Shown here: positions 14,783 to 29,400 of the stretch, piece after piece | How positions within the stretch are numbered: position 1 is the first letter of the stretch | How the letters are laid out: each line of letters opens with the position of its first letter | Assembly: GCA_951406725.2 (NCBI GenBank) | Contig: OX597833.1 | Span: forward strand, 53,692,001 to 53,756,000 | Direction of reading: 5' to 3' | DNA: 64,000 nt | Source: Octopus vulgaris | Lineage: Eukaryota | The notes under the pieces: model-generated | The model's input: the letters and a program-made list of their open reading frames with translations, nothing else | Database searches by the model: none | What the model was told of the DNA's origin: nothing | Made by a program: the position numbers and the translations under genes

Positions 14783-15802
14783 ATTGTTCATTTGTATGTC
14801 AGATTATCACAGCACATGGATTTATTGGAGAGCAAGAGAGAGAGAAAGAGAGAGAGCTAGACCAGGATCTAAGAGTGTGATAAGAGGCAGGGCATGGATT
14901 GGTTCAAGTGTGATTGTCATGGAAACAGAGATGGATACGGAGAAGAAGATACGAGGTAAGTGTGAATTTGGTTGAAGAGAGCCAAATGGAAAATGTTTGT
15001 ACATGAAATGATTTTCTCAATATCATGGTGGAATATCTATGAATATATACAAACAGGATGATTAAAGTGATAATGATGATGATTATGACAATACTCTTTT
15101 ACTTGTTTCAGTCATTTGACTGCGGCCATGCTGGAGCACCACCTTTAATCGAGCAACTCGGCTCCAGGTCTTATTCTTTGCAAGCTTAGTACTTATTCTA
15201 TCAGTCTCTTTTGCTGAACCGCTAAGTTACTTGATCCCTTCTTCTCCCTCATTTCGCTCAAAATAATAATATTGTTACCACTATAGCTCATTATTACATT
15301 TTATCACAACTATGACAACCAACATTATTTCTTCTTTAACCTATAGCACACTACATTTTTCTCCAGAATTGTTTCCCCTGCCACAGCCCTGCAGCTATAG
15401 GGGAGATAACTAATATGGCAACATGATGCACCTACAATGTGTTAAAGGTAAGTATAAGTTTGAAAGTTGAGTCAATGGTGAGGAGTTACAACTAGATGAA
15501 ATCTCCAAGCAGTTTCAAGGAGCTATGACTTGGATGAGGCCCAGCTCCTTTACAGCGTAAGAAGTTAAGGGCAGAAACACTTGCCTAAGCTGGAAAGTGG
15601 GGGTGTTCTTCTCCGAAGACTTTCTGCTGTTCTTACCACTGTCCAAAATAAATTCAGCAGCAGTTGAATAATTGATTTACACTCTCCAATTTCTTGCTTT
15701 TCAGTTCAAGAAATTCTCAACATTTTGCTACAGCACCAAATATTCCAGAAGCTTCAATTATATCCCGACTAGTTTTTATTAATTAACCAATGTTTTCACA
15801 CA

Positions 15803-15836
<34 letters not shown>

Positions 15837-16835
15837 GATATATAGTAAAATTGACAAAAAAAAAAAGAAGAAAAAAAGAATACAGTGAATTGTTATGAGG
15901 AGTGGAAAATCCAATATTTTCGATAGAGAACATTATTTTCTTTTTTCAGAGAAAAGCTGGCAACAGAGAAATTAAAGAGAGACTGCAGAGTTTGACATCT
16001 TGAAACTATGTGGTTGGAATTGCAATGCAAACTTTTCAACCACAGAACCACGCCTGCAAGTGTATAATGTGTTTAATATATATATATATCTAAAGTATGT
16101 ATGTATTTGTGTAGATAGATAGATGGATAGATAGATAGACATAAATACATGCATGCACATGTATGTATGGAATGTTATATAGCTTGTTTATTTTATCCAT
16201 ACGAGAGAAGATGAAAGGATAAATTTACTATCGTGGGAGTGAACTGCCATCCATGCAGTCAATTTAACTAGTATAATTTAGTATTCTACTATTGAGCCAT
16301 AACCTTGTTCCTCACCCACTCTCTCTCTGTCTGTCTGTCTGTCTCTCTCTCTCACACATACAGTAACACAAGATTCGTGTAGGGTTAATACTGATAAAAT
16401 AATGGAAGTCGTAATGTGGTATTTTTTTTGTGAAACTGAAGCAAATTCACTGCAAAAATAACAGATGTAATCTTATCATGATGAATAAGCTGCAAGTATT
16501 ATTACTGCATCACACGGCTAACCGCCGCAGCTCAGTGCAACAATATGATTGAGACGGCGGAGAAATACCTTGGGGGGTGGGTAGCATTAGGCACGCTAAA
16601 TACAAATACTGTAGAGTCTTGTATATTGTTATGTGGCGAAGAGTTGGAAACTGACACTAAATGGCTGTGTGGCTAAGAAGCTTGCTTTGCAACCATGTGG
16701 CTTTGGGTTCAGTCCCACTGTGCAGCACCTTGAGCAAGTCCTTTCTACTGATTTATTCGACTAAACCCTTGAACATCGTGCTCCAGCATGACCATAGCCC
16801 AACGACTGAGACCAATAAAAGATAAGAAGTAATGA

Positions 16836-16986
16836 GGTGCAGAAGCGACTGTGTAGTAAGTAGCTTGCTTTCCAACCACACGGTTCTGGGTTCAGTCCCA
16901 CTGTATGACACCTTGGGTAAGTATCTTCTACTATAGCCTCAGGCCAACCAGAGTGGATTTGGTAGACAGAAACTGAAAGAAGCCCG

Positions 16987-17028
<42 letters not shown>

Positions 17029-17298
17029 TCGTTTAACGTCCGTTTTCCATGCTAGCATGGGTTGGACGGTATATATATATATACACACATATGTGTCGGA
17101 GGCACATAAAATCACCCACTACACTCTCGGAGTGGTTGGCGTTAGGAAGGGCATCCAGCTGTAGAAACACTGCCAGATCTGACTGGCCTGGTGCAGCCTT
17201 CAGGCTCCCCAGACCCCAGTTGAACCGTCCAACCCATGCTAGCATGGAAAGCGGACGTTAAACGACGATGATGACGACGATGATGATATACATACATA

Positions 17299-17335
<37 letters not shown>

Positions 17336-17545
17336 GTACATATTTGTGTGTGAGTGTGTTTGTGCCACCAACATCGCTTGACAACCGATGTTGGTGTGTT
17401 TACATTCCCATAACTTAGCAGTTTGGCAAAAGAGACCGATAGAATAAGTACTTGGCTTACAAAGAATAAGTCCTGGGTTGGTTTGTTCGACTAAAGGCGG
17501 TGCTCCAGCATGGCCGCAGTCAAATGACCGAAACAAATAAACGAA
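16836..17545 (+). mobile_element. SINE-A with nested inverted SINE-C pieces (17025-17287)
   Basis: SINE-A head and tail flank SINE-C sequence inserted in the internal microsatellite. Confidence 0.85.
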
Positions 17546-17754
17546 CAGAGTACCTGTACAAGCAGTACGGTAACTCAGCTTAGCCTGGTTTTTAGTCTTT
17601 CTTTAACGTCTCAACAACAAATTACTAACGGAATGGAATAGTGTGATTCACCAGGATGTTAAGATTTTTACAAATAGATGAATAATTGAATGTCTAAAAA
17701 GAGACCACAGATCTATTCTTCATCCCATGACACTTGAAAAGCAACAAATATGTC

Positions 17755-18150
17755 TCTTTTTACTCTTTTTACTTGTTTCAGTCATTTGACTGCGGCCATG
17801 CTGGAGCACTGCCTTTAATCGAACAACTTGACCTTGGGACTTATTCTTTGTAAGCCCAGTACTTATTCTATTGGTCACTTTTGTCGAAATGCTAAGTGAT
17901 GGGGACATAAACACACCAGCATCGATTGTCAAGCAATGCTAGGGGGACAAACACACACACACATGCATATATATATATATTTACATATATACGACGGGCT
18001 TCTTTCAGTTTCCGTCTACCAAATCCACTCACAAGGCATTGGTCGGCCCGGGGCTATAGCAGAAGACACTTGCCCAAGATGCCACGCAGTGGGACTGAAC
18101 CCGGAACCATGTGGTTGGTAAACAAGCTACTTACCTCACAGTCACTCCTC
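17755..18150 (-). mobile_element. SINE-A near full length
   Basis: Reverse complement of the SINE-A consensus. Confidence 0.9.
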
Positions 18151-18369
18151 TGTGTGTGTGTATGTATGTATGTATGTGTGTTTTGCTTCTGAGTTTTGTT
18201 TGTGTGTGCATGCACATACTAATGTCTTTGCAGCTCAGAAATGTTATCTATTCACATAGTTTTATATTGAATAATAGTCTTGTGTTTTTCGTTCAGAAAC
18301 ACCTTTTTAAATTTTTTGGGGGCTTTTGTTTTGGTAGTATTACATTTGTCTGTTATCATTTGAACAAAA

Positions 18370-18540
18370 TGCTTGGCAGCATTTTGTCTGTCTTTACGTT
18401 CTGAGTTCCAATTCTGCTAAGGCTGACTTTACCTTTCATCCTTCCGGGGTCAAAAAGATAAGTACCAGTTGAGCATTGGGGGCTGATGTAATCGACTTAC
18501 TCCCTATTCCAAAACTGCTGGCCTTGTGCCAAAATTTGAA
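18370..18540 (+). mobile_element. SINE-B-related diverged copy, followed by (ATT)n to about 18750
   Basis: GTTCTGAGTTC...CCTTTCATCCTTCCGGGGTC...AAGTACCAGTT. Confidence 0.7.
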
Positions 18541-18721
18541 ATTATTATTATTATTACTATTATTATTATTACTATTACTACTACTATTATTATTATTATT
18601 ATTACTATTATTATCATTATTACTATTATTAATATTATTATTATTACTATTATTATCATTATTATTATTATTACTATTATTATTATCATTACTATTATTA
18701 TTATCATTACTATTATTATTA

Positions 18722-18752
<31 letters not shown>

Positions 18753-19422
18753 ACATCTGTCTTACAACCTGTCTGACAGTTTATGTTAAAAAAAAACACA
18801 GCTTCCTGGACTGGTTTCGTCAATGGATTCTTTAATTCATTTAAGTTCCCATATCTAATTAGTTAGTCCCCCATCCAAGCTACCCTTCCTTTACCTCTCC
18901 TCTGCCCCCCCCTCATAGCATTTTAAACCTATAATTCTCTCGCACTTCCATCATAATTTCTCCCCTTCTCCCTCCCCCCACAACCCATCTTAGCCTACGT
19001 CACTTGTTATCAGTGATGACAAAATATCAACTGAGGTGTGAATATAACCAAAGGAAAAAAAAAAGACAATTTAAATCAGATTTTAATTTACTAAAATGTT
19101 CTGCTGACATCTTTACCGGGCAGACTGTTTCAGAAAGTAGTTTAGTAGTTTATGAGGGTATTTATAGAAGCAGCCACAGACGGTAATTGCTGTCTTATGT
19201 GGGAGATTTAACTATTTATATTATTATAAGATAGAATTAATTACATGAAATTATTACATTCTTCACAGCTCCATAAAATATAAACAGAGATATGTACAAT
19301 ATTATCAGAACAACAATATCTCGAAAAATTTCAGTAATTACTGTACAACCACATTATGCAAAATATTAATGAGAAGCCGTATCAAAGTGGAATGTCTTTG
19401 ATCAAGGTTCATCTGGGCTTAA

Positions 19423-19643
19423 CCCTTTAGTGTTCAGATTATTCTATCAAACATATAATGCTTATTGATTCCCATTGATTTGAATTAATCATGCATTATC
19501 TCATATCTTCAAGATCTTGATGGTGTAATTACCTAATGTAGATTAACATTGTAGGGTAGGTGTGAGAGTCTGGATCTGGTCAGTTTGAACATAAAGCAGA
19601 CTAGCTATTTTGGCCGGATATGGCCGGTTTAAATACTAAAGGG
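19423..19643. mobile_element. piggyBac-like MITE family 1, uninterrupted 221 bp
   Basis: TTAA at 19419-22 and 19644-47; TIR CCCTTTAGT / ACTAAAGGG; the empty site is visible in the duplicated flank near 20190. Confidence 0.9.
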
Positions 19644-19723
19644 TTAAACAGCATCAAAAGCAACCTTGGTTTTGGCTTGGCTTGCTGGAAATAGCAGTCA
19701 ACTCTCCCTCAAATAACACAATA

Positions 19724-20118
19724 GGTGCAGGAGTGGCTGTGTGGTAAGTAGCTTGCTTACCAACCACATGGTTCCGGGTTCAGTCCCACTGCGTGGCATC
19801 TTGGGCAAGTGTCTTCTGCTATAGCCCCGGGCTGACCAATGCCTTGTGAGTGGATTTGGTAGACAGAAACTGAAAGAAGCCTGTCGTATATATGTATATA
19901 TATATAAGTGTGTGTGTATGTGTCTGTGTTTGTCCCCCTAGCATTGCTTGACAACCGATGCTGGGGTGTTTACGTCCCCGTCACTTAGCGGTTCGGCAAA
20001 AGAGACCGATAGAATAAGTACTGGGCTTACAAAGAATAAGTCCCGGGGTCGATTTGCTCGACTTAAAGGCGGTGCTCCAGCATGGCCGCAGTCAAATGAC
20101 TGAAACAAGTAAAAGAGT
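19724..20118 (+). mobile_element. SINE-A full length flanked by direct repeats of about 152 bp
   Basis: Complete head to tail; flanks 19347-19724 (minus the MITE) and 20119-20270 are homologous. Confidence 0.92.
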
Positions 20119-20489
20119 AACCACATCATGCAAAATATTAATGAGAAACCGTATCAAAGTGGAATGCCTTTGATCAAGGCTCATCTGGGCTCAAACAGCA
20201 TCAAAAGCAACCTTGGTTTGGCTTGGCTTGCTGGAAATAGCAGCCAAATCTCCCTCAAATAACACAATAGATAATACTGTCATCTATCCATCTTTCACTG
20301 CCCACTATTTCTGGGAGGGTCATGGGGGCGAGGTGAGGCAGGTAGTGTCCTCAGACACTTTTGCCATAGGGTCCAACCAGAAGCAACCATCATTTCACTT
20401 TTATGCTAAATTCCCAAGTGCAACAAACTGTACCCCTAGATCAGATCCCCTGCTAGTTGGCTTGGCTTGAAGAACCTGTAATGCAGTCA

Positions 20490-20885
20490 TGAAACCAGTT
20501 GGGTATGTCCCTTGGTGGCTGATGATGAGTGCATCTCTGATCACAAGCAGTAGTTGGGGAGCATCATAGCCATGTGTTAAGAGGAATTCTTTGGGGTTTG
20601 AATAATTCACCTCTGGAAACATCATCCTTAAACAAACCTTATTCAGGGACCTTTTGAGTGGGATGAGCTGTTTAACTTGGAGAAAATTCTAACTGGGCCC
20701 CACCTGCAAGGTCATGCGCAGTTTATCTTCACATGAAATCACCATGTTGTGCACATATGGTTGAGATGCAATGTGCCTTTCGATACTCTTATCAGACAGG
20801 TACTTACAATGGTATACTGGACTTCGTATATTTTACCCCAGTGTCACTTTGATGGCATGCACTGCTCTCTCACTCAATAACAATG
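20490..20885 (+). mobile_element. Retroposon 3' end (family E) with (AAT)n tail
   Basis: Homologous to 28665-29220; ends GCACTGCTCTCTCACTCAATAA. Confidence 0.75.
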
Positions 20886-21003
20886 ATCAAGCTAGTCAGA
20901 TTTAAGCTGACAGCACTCAAGACAATTATCAATCCTAATCAATGGATACTGTCATTGAATTCTTAACAAGACAAAAAAGTGATTGCATTATTGCAGGGTT
21001 TAA

Positions 21004-21599
21004 CCCTTTCGTTACCAACCCGACTGAAACTGGCTCTGGCTCTTTAGTACAAATGTCTTGTTTCCATAAGTTTTGAATTCAAATCTTCCACCAAATCTTA
21101 GTTAAAATTCATGTTCCTAACACTAGCTTAATGATAACAAAGTTAATTTACTAAATTCTTTGTTATATTTAAAACTAGCAGTATCGCCCAGCGTTGCTTG
21201 GGTTTGTAAGGGAAATAACTATAAAGCATTTTTAGAGAGTTATAGCCAAAAAATGGAAAAAAAATTATGGTAAATTTTTTTTTTTTTAGTTAAAAAGGTC
21301 GAGTTGCGTCCCCTAGACAGTCTGTGGTTTGTGTTTCTGATTCTCGACACCATTTCGAATTTATCGATTTTTTTCAGAACTGGGGGAACTTTTCAAAATT
21401 TTCGCTGCGTTAGTTTTGAATTATGACATTGGGCTATGTGTGTGTCAAGTTTCATCAGAATCGGTTGAAAGCCGTGGTCAGGGTGAGGGTACAACCTAAC
21501 AGACACACAGAAACACACACAGACAAACTGCCGTTTATATAGAGAGAGATAATTGAAAGAAACACAGAGCATCTCAAAATAAATACAGTAATGAAAGGG
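21004..21599. mobile_element. piggyBac-like MITE family 2 carrying a nested Helitron
   Basis: TTAA both sides (21000-03, 21600-03); TIR CCCTTTCGTTAC / GTAATGAAAGGG. Confidence 0.82.
21175..21549 (-). mobile_element. Non-autonomous Helitron
   Basis: Minus strand 5' TC...CTAG 3', subterminal GC hairpin, inserted between A and T with no TSD; homologous to 34526-34888. Confidence 0.88.
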
Positions 21600-22534
21600 T
21601 TAAAACTAAGGAAGGAATAATACATGACCATATCTGCATCTCTTTCGGTATATATTCACACATATGTAATACATACATACATGCAGCTCTTTGGCCACAC
21701 AGTGGAACTGAACTAGGAACCATGTGGTTGGGAAGCAAAGCTTCTTACCACACAGCTATGCATGTGCATTGCCATGCTTGCGCCATCCGAAATTAATATG
21801 AGGATGATTATAATCGATCATCCTGATACAGAGTTATATTAGTCGTGGTGCACTGAAGACAGAAAGTCAATAATTCTAATCAATACTTTGACCAATCAAG
21901 CAAATTGAAAACAAAACAAAACAAAACAAAAAAAAAAAATGGAAAAATACCAAGTCAACCAGAACATTAGAAAAAAAATTTAAAATCCAGGAAATCGACT
22001 AAAAAAAAGAGAAAAACGAAATAAAAACTAAAAGAAACCTATTTGAATGTTATAAATCTTCTTTCACTTTCTCTTTCTTTCTGTCTTATACTCACACACG
22101 GACACAGAAACAAACCATCTTGTTGAAGAAAAGATACTAATTATAATAAAAATCAATTAGGTATGTAATTCAGTAGCCTGCTGTCAGAATCCTTATTGAT
22201 GTTCATCATAATCGTCATCATCATCATCAGCAGCAGCAGCACCACCACCACCACCACCACCACGACCACCACCACAACAATAACAATAATAATAAACATC
22301 AGGTTGTTGAAATAACCTTGTTTTGTATCATTGTCTCCTTTTCAGTGTAGTGGAAAGGGGCCAAAACAGCGAGGTACTAACTCTGGCCAAATGCATTGGA
22401 AATTGAAATTTGGTTCCCTCCTTTCTGAGTTCAAGCCCTGCTCATGCTAGCTTTGTGTTTTTCAGCTACCTAACCAGCACTGACGAAATAATTACGAGAA
22501 ATATATTGCGATCAATCCATTATTTTATGCATTT

Positions 22535-22925
22535 ATTCTTTTACTTGTTTCAGTCATTTGACTGTGGCCATGCTGGGGCACCGCCTTTAGTCGAGCAAAT
22601 CGACCCCAGGACTTATTCTTTGGAAGCCTAGTATTTATTCTGTTGGTCTCTTTTGCCGAACCACTAAGTTACAGGGATGTAAATACACCAGCATCAGTTG
22701 TCAAGCAATGTTAGAGGGACAAATACAGAGACACAAATACACACACACACATACACACACATACATATATACGATGGGCTTCTTTCAGTTTCCGTCTATC
22801 AAATCCACCCACAAGGCTTTGGTTGGCCCAAGGCTATAGTTGAAGACACTTGCCCAAAGTGCCACGCAGTGGGACTGAACCAAACTCAGAACCATGTGGT
22901 TGGTAAGCAAGCTACTTACCACACA
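22535..22925 (-). mobile_element. SINE-A
   Basis: Reverse complement of the SINE-A consensus. Confidence 0.87.
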
Positions 22926-23050
22926 CCTTTTTATTAAATATTTTTTTACTTATTTATTGACTGTTTTTATTATTGGGCATGCTGGCATGAATAAACGAAA
23001 TAAATAATAAAAGTAAATTATGTGGGAGCCAACAAAGGGATCCTTTATGC

Positions 23051-23316
23051 TAGGGGTCTCAAACCATTTTTTGCCAATGGATCTTTTTGAATCCTATTTT
23101 AATCAGAGGGTGGGGAATCTGCATAGCCACTTGATGTTTCAAAAATCCAATAATCACATTTTTATGATTAAATATTATTGGAAATTGTATATAAAAAAAA
23201 TATTTAAATATTTTGTGCATTGTAGAAATATAACAAGTTTATTGCACAAAAATTTTAGAAACAAAATCTTATATGGAGCCCTTAAGGTTCATAAGAACCC
23301 TGGTTGAAAACCGCAG
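23051..23316. mobile_element. hAT-like MITE
   Basis: 8-bp TSD CTTTATGC (23043-50, 23317-24); degenerate TIR TAGGGGTCTCAAACC / GGTTGAAAACCGCAG. Confidence 0.72.
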
Positions 23317-23747
23317 CTTTATGCAGTCACCTGGCCTGTTAGAAATAGCAGCTCTAAATCCCTCCAATCACATTCTACAACCTTAATAACAACAACAACA
23401 ACAAAAAAAAGGAAAAAGAAAAAAGAAACCATTTCTCCTAGTAAAATATGATAGTCACAATTTTCCGTTTCCTCTTCCTTATAAACCTTAAAGCTTTTCA
23501 TCAACAACAACAACAACAACAGCAATAAATCATTCTTTGGTTATTTACTAACCACTGTTTCGTTGTTGACTGACTGCGAAATCCTTCATGACCGAAAGTA
23601 AACATTGATTGCATGATCCAAGACCATCTGCATTCGTGGATTGATCTTCTACAGCAGGAGTTTTCCTTTCTTTTCATCCTTTCCCCCTCTTTCATCTATT
23701 TATCTTTTTCCTTTGGCTGTATGAAACATTATGCATATGTATGTGCA

Positions 23748-24549
<802 letters not shown>

Positions 24550-24876
24550 ACCTGGAATACAATCCAAAAGATAAGAGATTCACTAAGCTTTGTTGCAGGC
24601 CCGTGTGAGCAGCGATGTGGAAAATACCGATCATCTCACCGCGCAAGAGAAGTCAATGGCTACGTGTATACACACAAGCTCAAATACACACATACACATA
24701 CACACACATGTAAGATAAAGTCAGCAGTAAGATCCAAAATATAGAGTCCTTTCAGTTGTTTGGTGGAGAAACTAGCATGACGCCACATAGTCTGTTTGTA
24801 ATGAACCCTTGTTATAAATACCACAGCAACAGAAAAACTGAAGTAAGTCAATGGTCTTGGCACAATAAATAAATAT

Positions 24877-25145
24877 ATCATCATCATCATTTAGCGTTCG
24901 TTTTCCATGCTAGCATGGGTTGGACGGTTCAACTGGGGTCTGTGAAGCCAGAAGGCTGCATCAGGCCCAGTCAGATCTGGCAGCGTTTCTACGGCTGGAT
25001 GCCCTTCCTAACGCCAACCACTCCGTGAGTGTAGTGGGTGCTTTTTACGTGCCACCCGCACAGGTGCCAGACGGAGCTGGCAAACGGCCACGAACGGATG
25101 GTGCTTTTACGTGCCACCAGCACGGGGGCCAGGCGAGGCTGGCAA
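24877..25145 (-). mobile_element. SINE-C
   Basis: (CAT)n tail and conserved GGATGCCCTTCCTAACGCCAACCACTCCG. Confidence 0.85.
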
Positions 25146-25269
25146 TAAATAAATAAATAAATAAGCAGAAAGCAAAAGACTCTTCAGAGTCTGTTTGACT
25201 TAGAAAACTGAGATCGATATGGTGCCGAAGTAATTGATTTTGGCAGGGATAGACACAGGTATGGCTACA

Positions 25270-25767
25270 GGTGCAGACATGACTGTGGTTAAGAAGCTTG
25301 CTTTCCAAACCATGTGGTCACTGGTCCAGCCTCATTGTATGACACTTTGGCCAAGTAACTTCTACCGTAATATCCTGAGCTGACCAAAGTCTTGTGAGCG
25401 GATGTGGCAGATGGGAAACTGAAAGAAGCCTGTTGTATTCACATACACATGTGCACGCGTATGTCTGTTTGTGTGTGTGTGTCCGTGTGTCCCTCTCTTG
25501 ATTATTATGCAATAGTTGTAAGGCAGCGAGCAGGCAGAATCGTTAGCACACTGGGCAAAAGGCTAAGCAGCATTTTGCCCATCTTTACCTTGAGTTCAAA
25601 TTCTGCCGAGATCAACTTTGTCTTTCATCCTTTTGGAGTTGATAAAATAAGTACCTGTTGAGTAGAGGGATCGATGTCACTTACACCCTCCCCTCAAAAT
25701 TGCTGGCCTTGTGTCAATATTTGAAATCATTATGTGAGAGTTGTAAATAAGTATAAGAAGCCCGTTG

Positions 25768-25804
<37 letters not shown>

Positions 25805-26012
25805 ATATATTTGTGTGTCTGTTTGCCCCCCTCCCAACATCGCTTGACAACCAATGCTGGTGTGTTTATGCCTCCGTAACTTAGCGGTTTGGCAAAAGGG
25901 CCTGATAGAATAAGTACCAGGCTTACAAAGAATAAGTCCTGGGGTCAATGTGTTCGACTAAAGGCGGTGCTCCAGCATGGCCTTGTGTCAAATGGCTGAA
26001 ACAAGTAAAAGA
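25270..26012 (+). mobile_element. Cluster: old SINE-A head, SINE-B-related copy (25520-25730), SINE-A 3' half (25756-26012)
   Basis: Each part matches a family repeated elsewhere in the window. Confidence 0.75.
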
Positions 26013-26059
26013 TTAAGTGTCACTGTCCATACAAGCTACATTGTTCATTTGCAGTGGGT

Positions 26060-26665
26060 GTGGAAAATATTACTTTGCTAAAAATCAGGTAAGGGCTGGG
26101 GACAGGAAGGGCAACTGGCTGTTGTAAGTCTACCTTCTATCTGACCCATCACAGTTGTGGCTGATACTAGTGTTGTGTAACTGGCGCTAGTGCTGGTGGC
26201 ACATAAAAAGCCCCCTTCAGACATTGGGTGATGTGCTGTGCTTGAGGGGACCCATCAAGCCAAGTGAAATCGTAGTTGTGGCTGATGCCAGAGTCGCGTA
26301 ACTGGCATCAATGCCAGTGGCATGTAAAAAGCAGTCTTCAAACTTTGGGCCTCACAGAGGCTGTGACAAGTGACCAAGACCTTTGGCAACACACGTCGCT
26401 TGAGAAGCCCTGTCAAACCAAGTGAGATTGTAACCGTGGCTGATGCTGGTGTTTCGTATATGGCACCTGTGCCAATGACACGTAAAAAGCACCTACTTCA
26501 CTCTTGGAGTGGTTGGCGTTAGGAAAGGCATCCAGTTGTAGAAACCATTCCAAATCAGATTGGGACCTGGTGCAGCCCCCCCACCACCACCACAATCCAC
26601 CAGCTTACCAGTTTTCAGTCAAACCGTCCAACTCATGCCAGAATGGAAAATGGACGTTAAATGAT
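26060..26665 (+). mobile_element. SINE-C-related element with internal tandem units
   Basis: Repeated GTGGCTGATGC...GTGGCAC.TAAAAAGC units, then TGGTTGGCGTTAGGAAAGGCATCCAG and GGACGTTAAATGAT tail. Confidence 0.72.
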
Positions 26666-26714
26666 AAGGATGTATGGTTTAATCAGAGGAGGAACAGTAG
26701 CCTCAATGACTTTA

Positions 26715-27038
26715 GCAGGGCCTTTGAGACAGGGCGAAGTAAAGGCAAAGGAAGTAAAAACAGGCCCTCTTCAAGTGCAGTTCATTTGTCAGGCTTCTGT
26801 TGAACCAAGGTTTATAATAAAATAAATTTTCCCAACGTGCACTGTAGTGGTATTGAACCCAGTATCACCTGATTTGCAGGGTCTTTGAGACAAGGAGAAG
26901 TAAAAGCAAAGGAAGTAAGAAGAGGCCCTCTTCAAGTGCAGTTCATTTGTCAGGCTTCTGTTGAACCAAGGTTTATAATAAAATAAATTTTCCCAACGTG
27001 CCCTGTAGTGGTATTGAACCCAGTATCACCTGATTGCA
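26715..27038. repeat. 161-bp tandem duplication
   Basis: Copies start at 26715 and 26876. Confidence 0.92.
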
Positions 27039-27424
27039 TAACAAATATCTTAACCACACAACCATGCCTACACCTACGTCTTGACCATTTAGCTGAGCCT
27101 GCACCCACAATTGTGTTATTTAAATGTAGTAAAGATTAAAGGGTGTCCAATTAAAAAGATAGAAATAAAAAAAAAATTCCAGCTGATTCACACGATGACA
27201 CCAATCGTGATTGTAGCCGTTACACTGTAACAAGTTACGGGGAAATACAGAGCAAGGTTAGCCGTTTTATGTAAGGGATGGGTGAACTCAGACAAATCAT
27301 TGTTGGCAAATAAGGTTATATGGTAATAGTGTTGGTAACTAGCATAAGAAAAAGAAAAAGAAAAACAACCCCAAAACTGACTGGAACACAGAGAGGCTTG
27401 TGGCAGTGGTGATGCTAAAGAGAT

Positions 27425-28160
<736 letters not shown>

Positions 28161-28664
28161 AGGTGATAGTTAAAAAGGTGAAGCTTGGGATGACCAAAAT
28201 GGGTAGGGTTTTTCAATTAAGAGACACAGAGAGTGAGGGCATTAGCCGATTCAGATTAACAATGTAAAAGCACACCGCTCGGATGGCATTTGAAAATGGT
28301 TTTCACATTTAATAAAGGTCAAACCAAAACTCTAGAAAACAAAAATATAATTCACTTTTAAGGCCTCATGAGGTAAGTTACATTTTAACTTCATTTTTTT
28401 TTCTTGGCAAAGACTTTCTTTGATGCTTACATCACGGCTCCAGCTTTTACCAGTAGGTAGGACGTCCCTCATAACCACCGGTTTTTCTTGCGGTAATTGT
28501 ATTACTCAAGGATATCTTCGGTAGCTGTTACTGTTTACAATGTGTAAGTATCGAGCATGAGGTAGTTAATCTTCAATGTCAATCCTGGTTTAGATATGCA
28601 ACCTTTGTGAAGATTTATGTAACTGCATGCATAATAATAATAATAGTAATAATAATAATAATAA

Positions 28665-29220
28665 GTGGCTCTCGTGGCTTCTGATCTTAACTGATTGGAA
28701 GTGTCATCATGTACATTGTTTTGTCTTGGTATAAAAGATGGGCTACAGCAAATATTCTGCTTAATACCACAGATTTGCTTGTCAGTTGTTTGACCGTAAC
28801 CAGTTGAGCATGTCCCTTAGTGGCTGACGATATGTGCATCTCTGATCATGAGCAGAAGTAGTGGGGGGAGCATCATAGCTATGTGTTGAGAGAGATTCTT
28901 TGGGGTTTGAATAATTCACCTCTGGAAACATGGGTGGTTTGTTCAACATCCTTAAACAATCCTTATTCAGGGACCTTTTAAGCGGGATGGGTTACTCGAC
29001 CAGAAGAAAATTCTAACTGGGCCCCCACCTGCAAGGTCATGTGCTGTTTATCTTGATATGAGATCACCATGTCGCACACACATAGTTATGATGCATGTGC
29101 CTGGTGTACCCTTATCAGACGGGTAGTCATGATGGGTATACTGGGCATCGTATATTTTACCTCAGTGTCACTTTGATGGCATGCACTGCTCTCTCACTCA
29201 ATAATAATAATAATAATAAT
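28665..29220 (+). mobile_element. Retroposon 3' end (family E) inserted in an (AAT)n tract
   Basis: (AAT)n on both sides; homologous to 20490-20885. Confidence 0.78.
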
Positions 29221-29400
29221 AGGTGTATGGTCTGCCCTAGGTGTATGCTCTGCCCTAGGTGTATGGCTCTGCCCTAGGTGTATGTCCTCTGCCTTAGGTG
29301 TATGGCTCTGCCCTAGGTGTATGGCTCTGCCCTAGGTGTATGGCTCTGCCCTAGGTGTATGGGCTCTGCCCTAGGTGTATGTTCTGTCCTAGGTGTATGG
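29220..29400. repeat. Minisatellite, unit CCCTAGGTGTATGGCTCTG (18-20 bp), about 9.5 copies
   Basis: Directly visible. Confidence 0.95.

Noticed and set aside
18805-18825. Minus-strand GACGAAACCAGTCCAGG, a hammerhead 3' half
   Set aside because: No CUGANGA partner upstream
19106-19127. GACATCTTTACCGGGCAG resembles the miR-8 star arm
   Set aside because: No complementary arm carrying the mature sequence within hairpin distance; likely chance
29220-29400. Regular short repeats as a possible CRISPR array
   Set aside because: Contiguous units with no unique spacers, in eukaryotic context
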